From Candidatus Hadarchaeota archaeon (lineage in GTDB: Archaea; Hadarchaeota; Hadarchaeia; Hadarchaeales; Hadarchaeaceae): a DNA stretch of 60,905 nucleotides. The stretch spans positions 1 through 60,905 of the forward strand of contig CAYFIY010000002.1 in assembly GCA_964343275.1 (NCBI GenBank). Direction: 5' to 3'. The position numbers and the translations under genes are program-made. Shown here piece after piece: positions 1-10,536 of this stretch. Position 1 is the stretch's first letter, and every line of letters begins with the position of its first letter. The notes under the pieces are model-generated. The model was not told the origin of the DNA. It was given only the letters and a program-made list of their open reading frames with translations, and made no database searches.

Positions 1-1
1 C

Positions 2-904
2 CAGTTCGATCCGGTAGATAAAGTTTATCCAGCGGCGGGGGTGAAAGTAGTGGCACGCGGCTTAGAAGGGGTGGTGGCAGGTGCGCCTTTTTTAGCTATC
101 CCAGATATATCCGCAGCTAAAAAATTATGGCAGGAAATACAGCAAGAACTCGAACGCGTCAAAATAAGCGCGGATATAAATGGCCTCACTGTAAAAGCGG
201 ATGCCTTGGGATCACTCGAGGCCCTAGAGGGGCAACTTCAAGCCAATGGGATACCAATCCGTCGTGCTGACATTGGAGATGTTTCTAGAAGGGATATCGT
301 TGAAGCTTCAAGCTTGGGGAAAAACGACCAGTTGTTGGCTGTTGTGCTGGCATTTAATGTAAAAGTTTTACCAGACGCCCAAAAAGAAGCCGAACGAGAG
401 GGCGTTTCCATTATCCAAGAGGATATTATCTATCGTTTGCTAGAGCAATATCAAATATGGGTGAAACAGAAACGAGATGAGTCCAAGGCGAAACGCCTGG
501 AGGGACATGTCAGACCGGCAAAAATCGCCTTGAAGCCTGGTTATGTATTTAGGCGCAGCAATCCAGCAATCGTCGGCGTGGATGTGCTTGGTGGCGTTCT
601 CCGCACGAAGGTTCCTCTCATTCAAAAGGATGATAAGCTCATTGGCACCGTCCGCGAGATGCAGAAGGAAAAAAAATCAGTTCGAGAGGCAAAGATCGGA
701 GATGAGTTGGCTATATCAATCGATGGTCCGATGGTTGGACATCATGTCCATGAGGGTGATGTTTTATATACAGATGTACCAAGAAACCATGTGCTCATCC
801 TGAAGAGAGATCTACGTGACCTGCTCTCAGGAGACGAGCTGGCGGTGCTAGACGAGATCATCTCAGTTAAGCAGCGCAAAAATTCCACATATGGAGTGAT
901 GTAA
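2..904 (+). CDS. infB: Translation initiation factor aIF5B (IF-2 family), C-terminal part; the 5' end lies upstream of the window
   Basis: The reading frame is open from the window edge. The sequence looks like aIF5B C-terminal domains (VKADALGSLEAL, PAIVGVDVLGGVL). It is followed by rps6e and eif2g, as in many archaea. Confidence 0.85.
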   Translation, partial: QFDPVDKVYPAAGVKVVARGLEGVVAGAPFLAIPDISAAKKLWQEIQQELERVKISADINGLTVKADALGSLEALEGQLQANGIPIRRADIGDVSRRDIVEASSLGKNDQLLAVVLAFNVKVLPDAQKEAEREGVSIIQEDIIYRLLEQYQIWVKQKRDESKAKRLEGHVRPAKIALKPGYVFRRSNPAIVGVDVLGGVLRTKVPLIQKDDKLIGTVREMQKEKKSVREAKIGDELAISIDGPMVGHHVHEGDVLYTDVPRNHVLILKRDLRDLLSGDELAVLDEIISVKQRKNSTYGVM

Positions 905-1308
905 TGTCGTTCAAAGTGGTAGTCGCAGACAGTGAATCGGGAAAAAGCTACAAGCTAGAGGCGCGTGAACCGGAGGCCCGAAGGCTAATCGGGATGAATA
1001 TAGGTGACAAGTTCGGTGGCGATATAGTAGGTCTTCCAAACTACGAAGTTCAGATCACGGGAGGTACCGATAGGGATGGGTTCCCGATGCGCCCGGATGT
1101 CATGGGCTCGGGAAGAAGTAGCGTTTTGCTGGCAAAAGGAGCAGGATTCAACCCCCGCAGATCTGGCGAACGCCGCCGAAAAATGGTCAGGGGGGCAAAG
1201 GTTTCCGAAACAATCGTGCAGCTGAACGTTATGATAATTAAACGCGGTGAAAAGGCTATAGAGGAAATATTGACCCCAAAGGAACCAACAACCCCAGACT
1301 CCAATTAA
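904..1308 (+). CDS. rps6e: 30S ribosomal protein S6e
   Basis: 134 aa with an S6e signature (ITGGTDRDGFPMRPDV, RRSGERRRK). Its start overlaps the upstream stop (TAATG). Confidence 0.95.
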   Translation: MSFKVVVADSESGKSYKLEAREPEARRLIGMNIGDKFGGDIVGLPNYEVQITGGTDRDGFPMRPDVMGSGRSSVLLAKGAGFNPRRSGERRRKMVRGAKVSETIVQLNVMIIKRGEKAIEEILTPKEPTTPDSN

Positions 1309-1363
1309 CCTCCAGTTTTTTTGAATCACAGTTTTTTTATTGTATAATGTATATTTGAAAAGG

Positions 1364-2584
1364 ATGTCTATGACTCAAGCAGAGGTCAATATAGGTTTAG
1401 TAGGTCACGTGGATCATGGAAAAACAACTCTAACTGAATCTCTATCAGGTACATGGACGGACGTTCATAGCGAGGAGATACGCCGTGGGATCTCGATTCG
1501 TCTGGGTTATGCTGACACCTCCTTTTATCGATGCAAAGAATGCGGTCGTTACACATCTAAAAATAAATGTCCATACTGTGAAGGTCCGGCCGAGTTCCTA
1601 CGTCGCGTTTCATTCGTTGACGCGCCCGGGCATGAGACGCTGATGGCCACAATGATCTCGGGAAGCGCGATTATGGACGGCGCAATAATAGTAATCGCAG
1701 CGAACGAGCCCTGTCCACAGCCGCAGACTAAAGAGAACTTAATGGCCCTGAATATCATGGGCGTGCGAAATATCGTTGTGGCGCAAAACAAAATCGAGCT
1801 TGTATCACGCGAAAAGGTTCTTGAAAATTATCAACAGATAAAAGAGTTTCTCAGAGATACCACGATTAAAGCCGCACCTGTGATTCCAATTTCTGCCATT
1901 CATCGGGCTAATATAGATAAATTGATTCAAGCTGTCGAAGACACCATCATAACCCCAAAAAGGGATCTAACCAAACCCTATCGCATGTATGTCACTCGCT
2001 CGTTTGATGTCAATCGACCTGGAACAATGCCAGAAAAGATAACCGGCGGAATATTGGGCGGATCGCTTTTACAAGGAAAAATAAAGACTGGCGATAGCAT
2101 AGAGCTTCGTCCTGGGGTGCAGATGAGCCGCGAGGGAAAGACAACCTGGCAACATCTCACTTCCAAAGTGTTTGACCTACACGCGATGGGCAGCTCAATC
2201 GAGGAAGCTTCGCCAGGTGGATTGATCGGTATTGGGACACTGCTTGACCCATCTTTAACCAAAGGAGACTCGCTAGTTGGTTCAGTTATGGGCTTGCCCG
2301 AAACCCTCCCAGATATGCTCAACACTCTAGACCTTGAGAGTCATCTGATGAAAAGAGTCGTTGGACTGGAGGAAGAACTCGATGTAAAGCCGTTGGTTAC
2401 TGGAGAAGTCCTGATGTTGAACGTGGGGTCGACGATGACCGTTGGCATGATCTCGAGTGCCAGAGGTGAAAAGGCCTCGGTGAAACTTAAGCTCCCGGTG
2501 TGTGCTGACGTGGGCACCAGAGCAGCGATAAGCCGCCGAATCGAGGGAAGATGGCGCTTGGTCGGATACGGTATAATTGGTTAA
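1364..2584 (+). CDS. eif2g: Translation initiation factor aIF2 gamma subunit
   Basis: GTPase G1 motif GHVDHGKTT and DAPGHE, a zinc-knuckle insert (CKECGRY..CPYCEG), and EF-Tu-like domains II and III. The track ORF starts at TTG 1340; in-frame ATG 1364 or 1370 is the more plausible start. Confidence 0.95.
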   Translation: MSMTQAEVNIGLVGHVDHGKTTLTESLSGTWTDVHSEEIRRGISIRLGYADTSFYRCKECGRYTSKNKCPYCEGPAEFLRRVSFVDAPGHETLMATMISGSAIMDGAIIVIAANEPCPQPQTKENLMALNIMGVRNIVVAQNKIELVSREKVLENYQQIKEFLRDTTIKAAPVIPISAIHRANIDKLIQAVEDTIITPKRDLTKPYRMYVTRSFDVNRPGTMPEKITGGILGGSLLQGKIKTGDSIELRPGVQMSREGKTTWQHLTSKVFDLHAMGSSIEEASPGGLIGIGTLLDPSLTKGDSLVGSVMGLPETLPDMLNTLDLESHLMKRVVGLEEELDVKPLVTGEVLMLNVGSTMTVGMISSARGEKASVKLKLPVCADVGTRAAISRRIEGRWRLVGYGIIG

Positions 2585-2594
2585 GTGATTGTAG

Positions 2595-2978
2595 TTGCAG
2601 GTCATAATGGACACAAGTTTCCTAATGATCCCTGGCATGTTCGCTGTTGACATCCTGAACGAACTAGACAGGTTACTAAAACGAAGATACGAACTGGTGA
2701 TTCCAGGACCAGTCTTGGTGGAGCTGAAGGAAATTTCAAAGAGGGATAGGTCTAAGGAAGCGTCCGCAGCTAAAATTGCATTGCAACTGTCAAGAAGGTG
2801 GTCTGTGGTGGAGGAAGAAGGTAAAGCAGATGAGATAATCATAAAAATGGCTTCACGAAGACCATGTTTGGTTGGCACCACAGACTCGGATCTGAGGAAA
2901 AATCTCCGTAGAATGAGCATACCAGTAATATATTTACGGAAGAAGTCACATCTCGAATTGGATGGATATTTTTGGTGA
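2595..2978 (+). CDS. PIN-domain protein, Fcf1/Utp24-like
   Basis: 127 aa with the N-terminal acidic MDTSFLM and the C-terminal GTTDSDLR acidic motif typical of PIN. It occupies the conserved archaeal position right after aIF2-gamma. Confidence 0.7.
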   Translation: MQVIMDTSFLMIPGMFAVDILNELDRLLKRRYELVIPGPVLVELKEISKRDRSKEASAAKIALQLSRRWSVVEEEGKADEIIIKMASRRPCLVGTTDSDLRKNLRRMSIPVIYLRKKSHLELDGYFW

Positions 2979-4956
2979 TACTACGATAATAGAAATTATC
3001 ACTCCGATCGCTGGAATTTTGGCTCTGACTGTCGCAGGAATATCCATCTATTTGGTCATGAAAGAAGATCAAGGGTCACAGCTAGTCAGGGAAATCGCCA
3101 GTGCCATTCGCGATGGGGCAAATACTTTCCTTCGACGTCAATATATGACGATTTGGGCTGTAATTATCGCTGTATCCTTCTTACTTTTCATGACCCCGGG
3201 TTGGGGTTGGAAAGCATCTTTGGTCTATATTGGTGGTGGCTTATCATCCACGATAGCTGGTTTTTTAGGCATGTTCATCGCTGTTAGAGCTAATTCTCGT
3301 ACTGCGAATGCGGCTCGAAAAGGAATCAGCAAGGCCTTGAAGATCGCTTTTCGGGGAGGACTTGTTATGGGGATGTCAGTAGTTGGTATTGGAATATTGG
3401 GTGTTTTTTTAACATACTCATGGCTGGGCGACCCTACCCTGATTCTGCCCTTCAGCTTTGGGGCTAGCTCGGTTGCTCTCTTCGCTCGAGTAGGGGGAGG
3501 CATATTTACTAAAACCGCTGACGTCGGTGCCGACCTGGTGGGTAAAATTGAGAAGGGCATACCTGAGGACGACCCTAGAAACCCCGCCGTAATAGCTGAT
3601 AACGTGGGGGACAATGTCGGAGATGTAGCTGGAATGGGAGCTGACATTTTTGAGTCCTATGTAGCGAGCATAGTTGCGGCAATGATCGTTGGTGTCTCGG
3701 TGTATGGGACAAACGGCGTCCTTTTGCCGTTCCTCATTGCATCCATAGGCATCGTGGGTTCCGTGATAAGTGTGGGGTTCGTTCGGGTTAAAAAAGGCAA
3801 AAACCCGAGCTATGCTCTGAATATGGCGACTTTTGTTTCCATGATAATTACGGCGGCGGGATCTATACCTATTTTGGCCTACGTATTTGGCTGGGGAGCT
3901 GGTTTAATCCTATTTATCCCCATTTTAGCAGGTATCGTGTCGGGGCTGGTGATCGGATTGACTTCCGACTATTTCACCAATAATATTCATACGCCCACAC
4001 AAAACTTGGCCGGAGAAGCCAGGTATGGTCCAGCCATAGTCATACTTGGTGGGTTTTCTAGGGGGTTAATCAGCACATTCCTCCCCATCATTTCGATCGC
4101 GGTTGCCATTATCGTCTCTTTCGCATCTGCAGGGCTTTATGGGATTACCTTGGCTGGCGTAGGCATGCTCTCAATATCTGGGGTAATAGTTGCGTCTGAT
4201 GCATATGGACCAGTGGCCGACAATGCGGGTGGCATCGTCGAACAATCAAAAATGTCTGGAAGAGTACGGAGAGTCACTGACCAACTGGACTCCGTAGGTA
4301 ACACCACAAAGGCTATAACAAAGGGATTTGCGATAGGTTCGGCTGCCCTGACCGCCGTGGCACTGTTCGCGGCCTACTCACAGGTGGCAAACATATCAAA
4401 ACTTGACCTGCTTGACCCAGGAGTAATTGGTGGAGTCCTCCTAGGTGGCGGGGTGGTGGCAACCTTCACCGCCCTGACCATCTCCTCTGTGGGTAGGAAC
4501 GCCCACAAGATGGTAGCTGAGGTCAGGAGGCAGTTCAAGGAAATTCCAGGACTTATGAAAGGCAAAACAAAGCCAGACTACGCTAGATGTGTGGACATAG
4601 CTACAAAGGGTGCACTGCGTGAGTTAGTAGTACCCGGAATATTGGCGCTATTGTCGCCGATAATCATAGGATTTATCATGGGTAAAGCGGCATTGGGTGG
4701 GTTCTTAGCAGGAGCAATTGTATCGGGGCTTATTTTTGCCCTCTTTATGGCGAACGCAGGTGGTGCATGGGATAACGCCAAAAAATATATTGAGATGGGG
4801 CATTTCGGTGGAAAGGGATCACAGACTCATACAGCTTCAGTGGTCGGCGATACGGTTGGCGATCCGTTCAAGGACACAACCGGGCCATCGCTAAATATCC
4901 TCATAAAGTTGATGTCAATCGTGTCTTTGATTATTGCTACCCTCTTGATCGCATGA
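2962..4956 (+). CDS. hppA: Membrane-bound proton-translocating pyrophosphatase
   Basis: 664 aa and polytopic. Signature motifs are GGGIFTKTADVGADLVGK, DNVGDNVGDVAGMGADIFESY and GDTVGDPFKDT. The GNTTKAITKG motif carries Lys and Thr at the K+-independence positions. Confidence 0.95.
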   Translation: MDIFGDTTIIEIITPIAGILALTVAGISIYLVMKEDQGSQLVREIASAIRDGANTFLRRQYMTIWAVIIAVSFLLFMTPGWGWKASLVYIGGGLSSTIAGFLGMFIAVRANSRTANAARKGISKALKIAFRGGLVMGMSVVGIGILGVFLTYSWLGDPTLILPFSFGASSVALFARVGGGIFTKTADVGADLVGKIEKGIPEDDPRNPAVIADNVGDNVGDVAGMGADIFESYVASIVAAMIVGVSVYGTNGVLLPFLIASIGIVGSVISVGFVRVKKGKNPSYALNMATFVSMIITAAGSIPILAYVFGWGAGLILFIPILAGIVSGLVIGLTSDYFTNNIHTPTQNLAGEARYGPAIVILGGFSRGLISTFLPIISIAVAIIVSFASAGLYGITLAGVGMLSISGVIVASDAYGPVADNAGGIVEQSKMSGRVRRVTDQLDSVGNTTKAITKGFAIGSAALTAVALFAAYSQVANISKLDLLDPGVIGGVLLGGGVVATFTALTISSVGRNAHKMVAEVRRQFKEIPGLMKGKTKPDYARCVDIATKGALRELVVPGILALLSPIIIGFIMGKAALGGFLAGAIVSGLIFALFMANAGGAWDNAKKYIEMGHFGGKGSQTHTASVVGDTVGDPFKDTTGPSLNILIKLMSIVSLIIATLLIA

Positions 4957-5045
4957 GTCATTGATCATAAGGTTCATAAATCATCAAGATATAAAAGGGT
5001 CGAGTATTAATCTACATAACATAAATGTTATGAATTGGTGAAATA

Positions 5046-5603
5046 ATGTATAAACTTGTCATTATTGAAGATACAGTTCGCGTTACACCAGACCGATTTT
5101 CCGAAGAGCTAAACGGGGTGATATTGGATATCGTCCGAAAAAATTACGGCGGAATTACGGACAAAGACTTGGGCACGATTTTAGCTATAGCCAAGATATT
5201 AGAAACTTCTACGGGTAAAATCATAACGGGTGACGGCGCTAGCTTCCACGATGTAAAATTCGAAGCGCTGATTTATAGGCCCGAGGTAAACGAGATAGCC
5301 CTCGGCGAAATTGTGGAGATAGTAGAGTTCGGTGGATTTATTAGACTTGGGCCCCTCGACGGGCTGGTCCACGTTTCCCAAGTTATGAACGATTTCGTCG
5401 GATATGACAAAAAGAAAGGTACTCTCTATGGGAAAGAGTCCAAGCACTCCCTCAAGGAAGGAGACAAGGTCAGAGCCCGCATCGTGACGGTCAGCCTAAA
5501 TCGTGGGGGCAAAGCTGGCGGTAAAGTGGGTCTAACAATGCGCCAACCAGGACTGGGAAAGCTCGAGTGGATCAATGAGTCCAAGAAGGGGGATAAGTCT
5601 TGA
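5046..5603 (+). CDS. rpoE1: DNA-directed RNA polymerase subunit E' (Rpo7)
   Basis: N-terminal Rpo7 fold followed by an S1 domain (GEIVEIVEFGGFIRLGPLDGLVHVSQ). Confidence 0.9.
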   Translation: MYKLVIIEDTVRVTPDRFSEELNGVILDIVRKNYGGITDKDLGTILAIAKILETSTGKIITGDGASFHDVKFEALIYRPEVNEIALGEIVEIVEFGGFIRLGPLDGLVHVSQVMNDFVGYDKKKGTLYGKESKHSLKEGDKVRARIVTVSLNRGGKAGGKVGLTMRQPGLGKLEWINESKKGDKS

Positions 5604-5779
5604 AGGCATGCCGGAATTGTAATTTCATCACGGAGTCTAAAACCTGCCCTAACTGTGCTAGCACCATGCTTTCTGATGACTGGACTGGATACGTTATCGT
5701 ACTTGACCCAAATGATTCAGAAATTGCAAAGAGACTCAACATTAATAAACCAGGGAAATACGCGCTCAGGGTAAGGTAA
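5600..5779 (+). CDS. spt4: Transcription elongation factor Spt4 / RNAP subunit E''
   Basis: Absent from the ORF track because it is 59 aa with a TTG start. The TTG overlaps the rpoE1 stop (TTGA). My translation is LKACRNCNFITESKTCPNCASTMLSDDWTGYVIVLDPNDSEIAKRLNINKPGKYALRVR. It shows a C-x2-C...C-x2-C zinc ribbon plus the conserved W.G.v.i..P..S.iA tail. Confidence 0.8.
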   Translation: MKACRNCNFITESKTCPNCASTMLSDDWTGYVIVLDPNDSEIAKRLNINKPGKYALRVR

Positions 5780-5795
5780 TCACTAAATAACAAGT

Positions 5796-7433
5796 TCATC
5801 TCAAGTTGATCGAAAAAGCTGCGACCGCATGTTCAAGCTCGAAGCCGCGAATTAACTCAGGGTGGAGTTCCCCGACCATGCCAATTCTTTCACCTTTGAC
5901 TAAAAATTCGGCGGCCCTCCCTTCTGTAAAACTAGGATGCAAAGTTGCCCGAACCTCCCATGTATTTCTGAGTTCTCTGAGCAGGGATTCAGCCACGGCC
6001 TTCAGATAAGTGAACCCGAGTCCTCCGCCGATAACCGCGGCAGCTACTTGGCGTGAATTTTTAGCCCCGGTCTCCTCTTGTCCATCCAGCAGTACGACGT
6101 CTCCGACTTCAAAAATTTTATGGGGCAGCGGATTGTGCCGATTCTGTTTCAGGACCAGCATTAGAGATGGAAGTAGCGAGTCCCTGAGGATAGAGTATTC
6201 TTCCGAAATTGGGTTGGCTATCTCAGCCGCCTCGCCTTTTGTCCGCATGAGCTCGAAGTTGACCCCAGTACTGCTAAGGGTATAAGTCATGACTCCCATA
6301 AAACCAGATCCGGTGAGTATTTTCCTTGCCTTGTCACTAATTTTCTCGATAGGGGCTATCCCTCCCACCGTCAAAACCTTTGGTATTGTTGGCTCAAGGT
6401 TGTCGTACCCATAACCAATTACCATGTCCTCGATAAAGTCAATCTTGTGCAGGATATCCAACCTGTAAGGTGGAATCAGCAGCGCCAGTTTTTCGCCTTT
6501 AGCTTTCAACACCCCATAGCGCATCAAGCTCGCAAGTTTGGAAGCTTGTCTGGAACGAATGTTGATCCCTGCAATTTTGTTGACATCGCGTATATCCATG
6601 CGGAACTTTCGTGGTTTGAGTTTTGGGGTAATGATACGCTTCCCGGGATACTTCACAACCACAGACCTCAATTCGAAACCACGCTCGGCAAAACCAGTCA
6701 TCAAAACAGTAAGCGTCTTGTTGATTAGCTGCTGGTCATGCCCCGTCACATCGATGAAGAGCCCCTTTGTATTTTCGGTAACGCGCGTGTCCTCACTGTT
6801 TATTATGGGTGGCATCGAGAGCACCACACCGCTCGAGTCGACTAGCAACGGATATCTCGACAGATCGTTTATTAATGAGCCGTACTCGATACCCTTAGGA
6901 TTTTCGCGGAGAATCTCAGCTGGAGACATTTCACGAGAAGAATCTAGAGGGACGAAGCGAACACCGTCTGGAAGTGTGGTGATGTAGCGTAAAGGTGGAG
7001 TTATGGTACCTAAGTCATAAACTCCTATGGAACCCTTCCTACGCTTCCTGCATAGAGAGTAGTCTAGTTTTTCTTGTGCCTCCATGATGGAAGCAACTGC
7101 ATCGCTAGTCAATTTAACATTTCTCAATATACCCGCAGCGATGCAGGGACGGATGACACCTACGCTGTGATCCACCTCCACCACTACTCCAGATGGAAGC
7201 GTGTTATACTCAGGTAGCCCCGTTTCTATTTGGAGAAATCCTTTAAGCGCTCTAGCAACTCCTTCGGAGCTGAGTAGGTCGGGACGATTATGAGCGACCT
7301 CAATCTTAATTTTATCACCAGACGCTTCAGCTTCCATGCCCAACATATCGAGTCGCTCACACATTTCATTCTGATCCACTACCTTGCCAAGCAGGGCACA
7401 AAGATCCCGATAGCTAGCGGTTATCGAGGGCAC
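5796..7433 (-). CDS. pheT: Phenylalanine--tRNA ligase beta subunit (archaeal type)
   Basis: 545 aa with B3/4- and B5-like regions. It lies directly downstream of pheS, and its GTG start overlaps the pheS TAG by 1 nt. Confidence 0.9.
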   Translation of the reverse strand: MPSITASYRDLCALLGKVVDQNEMCERLDMLGMEAEASGDKIKIEVAHNRPDLLSSEGVARALKGFLQIETGLPEYNTLPSGVVVEVDHSVGVIRPCIAAGILRNVKLTSDAVASIMEAQEKLDYSLCRKRRKGSIGVYDLGTITPPLRYITTLPDGVRFVPLDSSREMSPAEILRENPKGIEYGSLINDLSRYPLLVDSSGVVLSMPPIINSEDTRVTENTKGLFIDVTGHDQQLINKTLTVLMTGFAERGFELRSVVVKYPGKRIITPKLKPRKFRMDIRDVNKIAGINIRSRQASKLASLMRYGVLKAKGEKLALLIPPYRLDILHKIDFIEDMVIGYGYDNLEPTIPKVLTVGGIAPIEKISDKARKILTGSGFMGVMTYTLSSTGVNFELMRTKGEAAEIANPISEEYSILRDSLLPSLMLVLKQNRHNPLPHKIFEVGDVVLLDGQEETGAKNSRQVAAAVIGGGLGFTYLKAVAESLLRELRNTWEVRATLHPSFTEGRAAEFLVKGERIGMVGELHPELIRGFELEHAVAAFSINLR

Positions 7434-8968
7434 TATATCATTCTCCTATCCTGGAGCCATTGGACATCGTTATTGTATAAATCTCGGATGTCATCTACCC
7501 CCAACCGTATCATGCTCAGACGCGAGAAACCGATCCCCCAAGCGAGCACGGGATATCGAATACCGAGAGGCCGAAGTAATTCAGGTCTAAACATTCCCGC
7601 TCCTATCACTTCCAGCCACTCCTGCCTATCGGGGAAGTAGACATCCGCTTCCACCGATGGTTCCGTATATGGGAAATATCCTGGCCTGAACCTTATTTTG
7701 GGCAGTCCGAGCTTGGTCATTATTTGTTTCAAGTAACCCAGCATGTCACGCAAGGTGAGCCCCTTATCCATTACTACACCTTCAGCTTGGTAGAATTCCG
7801 CGAGATGTTTGTAGTCGACCTTTTCATGACGATAAACACGATCTATGCAAAAGACCTTTAACGGTGGTTCGGGGTGTGAAGCTAGATACCTTACAGTAGC
7901 AGCTGTGGTTTGCGAGCAAAGTACTGGCTTGCGGCTTATCTCAAGGTCGAACTCATAACCCCATCCTGTAGAACCTGCGACCCCATGTTCGTGCGCCTCG
8001 ATGACACGCTTCATGATTTCAGGTGGGGGCAACTTGGTTCGCTTGGGTTTAGACAATGATAAGCTGTCGTGAATTTCGCGCGCTGGATGGTCCTGGGCCT
8101 GAAACAGAGCGTCGAAATTCCAAAACTCCGAGTCCACGATCTTGCTCTTTATCTCTGCAAAGCCCATTTCCAGCAATATTTCCTTTAGTTCATCGATGAT
8201 TTGCTGCTGTGGATGTACCTTTCCAGGGAAGATAGAGATACCCGGAGCCACCACGTCATAGCGTTTTAACTTAACCTCTTTCCAGCGCCCGCTCATCAGC
8301 ATCCCATGAGTCAGCTCGCTTACCTCATCGGCCAGCTCGATGCCTAGTTCAAGTGCTTGTTTACCCAGTTCAGATGCCCTCAAACTGCGATGAATTTCCT
8401 CTTCGACTTTTACCAATTTCCTATCAACCATGGATCTAAGTGAATTCTTCAAACCGGGGGGTATTTCGTTTAGACTGTGCTTCTTAGTAGCAAGCAACTC
8501 AAGCAATTTTTCATCTTCGATTTTCTGATCGAGTGCGGAGACGCCGCTCGGGGTAGTATTAAGAAAAGTTTTCCCATCTTTTTTGACGAATTCAACCCAA
8601 TCCCTTCGCTTTAGCCAAGTGAGGGCGATATTCTTTTGTTCATCTCCCAAATCTGCACGAACAGCCACCTCATCGATGTTTTCCGACCCGAAATTGGCAA
8701 GAGCTATTATCATCCTTCTCTCAGGCAACCCTTCACAGGTATATTCATGACCTTCAAGGGTAAGTGTGATTTCCGATAATTTCTCCTCTATAATTTTCAC
8801 AAACCCTTTTTTGGATAAGCCCAGTGCCGCTCGCATCACCGTCGCTTGGTCCAAGCTAGTTTGTTTGGCTATGTTTTCGATTGTGTGATTACTTTCGATT
8901 CTGGGAAGCGCAAGCATAATTTTCTTCTCTTGGGAGCTCAGTTCCTCGATAATTTTCGGAGTATCCAT
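7433..8968 (-). CDS. pheS: Phenylalanine--tRNA ligase alpha subunit
   Basis: Class II aaRS motifs FRPGYFPYTEPS, GAGMFRPE and AWGIGFSRL. I trimmed the start to ATG 8968 (MDTPKIIEEL). The 88 upstream codons of the track ORF are Pro/Ser-rich and run into the divergent neighbour. Confidence 0.9.
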   Translation of the reverse strand: MDTPKIIEELSSQEKKIMLALPRIESNHTIENIAKQTSLDQATVMRAALGLSKKGFVKIIEEKLSEITLTLEGHEYTCEGLPERRMIIALANFGSENIDEVAVRADLGDEQKNIALTWLKRRDWVEFVKKDGKTFLNTTPSGVSALDQKIEDEKLLELLATKKHSLNEIPPGLKNSLRSMVDRKLVKVEEEIHRSLRASELGKQALELGIELADEVSELTHGMLMSGRWKEVKLKRYDVVAPGISIFPGKVHPQQQIIDELKEILLEMGFAEIKSKIVDSEFWNFDALFQAQDHPAREIHDSLSLSKPKRTKLPPPEIMKRVIEAHEHGVAGSTGWGYEFDLEISRKPVLCSQTTAATVRYLASHPEPPLKVFCIDRVYRHEKVDYKHLAEFYQAEGVVMDKGLTLRDMLGYLKQIMTKLGLPKIRFRPGYFPYTEPSVEADVYFPDRQEWLEVIGAGMFRPELLRPLGIRYPVLAWGIGFSRLSMIRLGVDDIRDLYNNDVQWLQDRRMI

Positions 8969-9080
8969 TTTCAGCCTCCAAGAAACACAAGGAGAGGTGG
9001 AGTTATGAGCGTTGCGGCAGCGAACTTGATTAATAGTTGGGGGGGAGTTCTTTATTAGAAAAGGGCTGCATGGTGCAAAC

Positions 9081-10187
9081 GTGAAAAAGCTTGGATTAAT
9101 AGTCAACCCCATCGCCGGTATGGGGGGTAAGGTAGGTCTGAAAGGTACAGACGGTCCTGAAATACTAGCCACGGTGAGAGACCTTGGGGTCGAGTCTGTG
9201 GCCCCAGATCGAGCTATTAGAGCACTCCGCATTTTAAAGCAGGAGAAATGTAATTTTAGCCTGATAACTTATCCTGGGGAGATGGGGGCAGACGAGGCTA
9301 AGAAGTCAAGATTAGAAGCCAAAATCATTGGTCATATAAAACTAGGGAAAACTAATTCTGAGGACACTAAGCGAGCCGGGATAGAGATGCTCTCCGAAGG
9401 CGTCGACCTCATAATATTTGCTGGCGGAGACGGGACGGCATCCGACTTGCTCGATTCTGTTGGTACAATGGCTCCGATTTTGGGGATCCCTACTGGCGTT
9501 AAGATGTACTCTGCGATTTTTGCAAATACACCCGAGGCGGCTGGAAGTATTGCTGCTCGTTTCCTATGTGAGAATCTGCCGCTACACGAGGCCGAGGTGA
9601 TGGATATAGACGAAGATGCCTATCGAAGGGGTCAACTAGTCGCAAATCTAAAAGGCTACGCTATCGTGCCCTACGAGCCTGTGATGTTACAGACAACGAA
9701 GGAAGGATCCACAGGATACGATCTTGGAGATCAAAAGTCCTTGGCACACTGGGTCTTTGAGCTGATGGAAAAAGGACGTATATACATCCTAGGCCCAGGG
9801 ACTACTAACCGCGCTGTCGCTGAAGAACTTGGTATCTATGATTCAACTCTGCTAGGAATCGATCTGGTTAAAGACTTCAAGCTACTGGCCAAGGACGTGA
9901 ACGAAGAGCAGATATTAGAAGCAATTGAGAGAAATGCAGCAACGATAATTGTCAGCCCCATTGGTAAGCAAGGCTTCATTCTGGGGAGGGGCAATCTTCA
10001 GCTCAGCTCAGAAGTCTTGAGGCGGGGAGGGAAAGAGAACGTTTGGATAATCGCTACACCAGAAAAACTAGCTCATACCCCTACACTAAAGGTGGATACC
10101 GGAGATGACGAACTGGATGATAATTATCGTGGATACTGGAGGGTTATTACCAATTATCGTGAGAGCATCATGGTGAAAGTTATCTGA
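9081..10187 (+). CDS. ATP-NAD kinase family protein (AcoX-like)
   Basis: 368 aa with the N-terminal IVNPIAGMGG and the diacylglycerol/NAD-kinase GGDGT motif (IFAGGDGTASD). GTG start. Confidence 0.7.
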   Translation: MKKLGLIVNPIAGMGGKVGLKGTDGPEILATVRDLGVESVAPDRAIRALRILKQEKCNFSLITYPGEMGADEAKKSRLEAKIIGHIKLGKTNSEDTKRAGIEMLSEGVDLIIFAGGDGTASDLLDSVGTMAPILGIPTGVKMYSAIFANTPEAAGSIAARFLCENLPLHEAEVMDIDEDAYRRGQLVANLKGYAIVPYEPVMLQTTKEGSTGYDLGDQKSLAHWVFELMEKGRIYILGPGTTNRAVAEELGIYDSTLLGIDLVKDFKLLAKDVNEEQILEAIERNAATIIVSPIGKQGFILGRGNLQLSSEVLRRGGKENVWIIATPEKLAHTPTLKVDTGDDELDDNYRGYWRVITNYRESIMVKVI

Positions 10188-10536
10188 AGTTCAAGTTTAT
10201 TCCCCCGACTTCTGCAAAAGAGGAATTATTTCCCTCCAAATCATGTATATTACTCGAAAAACTTGATCGCCATTTGTTTATATCGGCTCCAAAAACCTCG
10301 TCGCCCATAGTCCCAACTCCTTGGACAGCAAATTTGCCAATTAATACCAGCTTATATATAAGTACTTTATCCCCTGGTGAAACCTTACCTCGACGAGACG
10401 CCTCAAACCCAATGCCAGCTACTGGAGGCAAGCCACATTCACTTCGGGTCGCCCCGAAACCATAATATCCCGAGGACTTAAAGTTAGCTAACCGCAGTTA
10501 ACCAATTTGCTAAAATACTAGTCCATCAAAAAATGA

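Noticed and set aside
8969-9232. N-terminal 88-codon extension of the pheS track ORF.
   Set aside because: The extension is Pro/Ser-rich and overlaps the divergent 9081 gene and its upstream region. ATG 8968 gives a typical PheRS-alpha N-terminus (MDTPKIIEEL).
10180-10431. TTG-initiated 83-aa ORF in the gap before gatE, with a faint resemblance to small beta-barrel domains (GKVSPGDKVLIY).
   Set aside because: It has a weak start, no clear motif and a competing plus-strand ORF in the same place. I cannot support it as a gene without a homology search.
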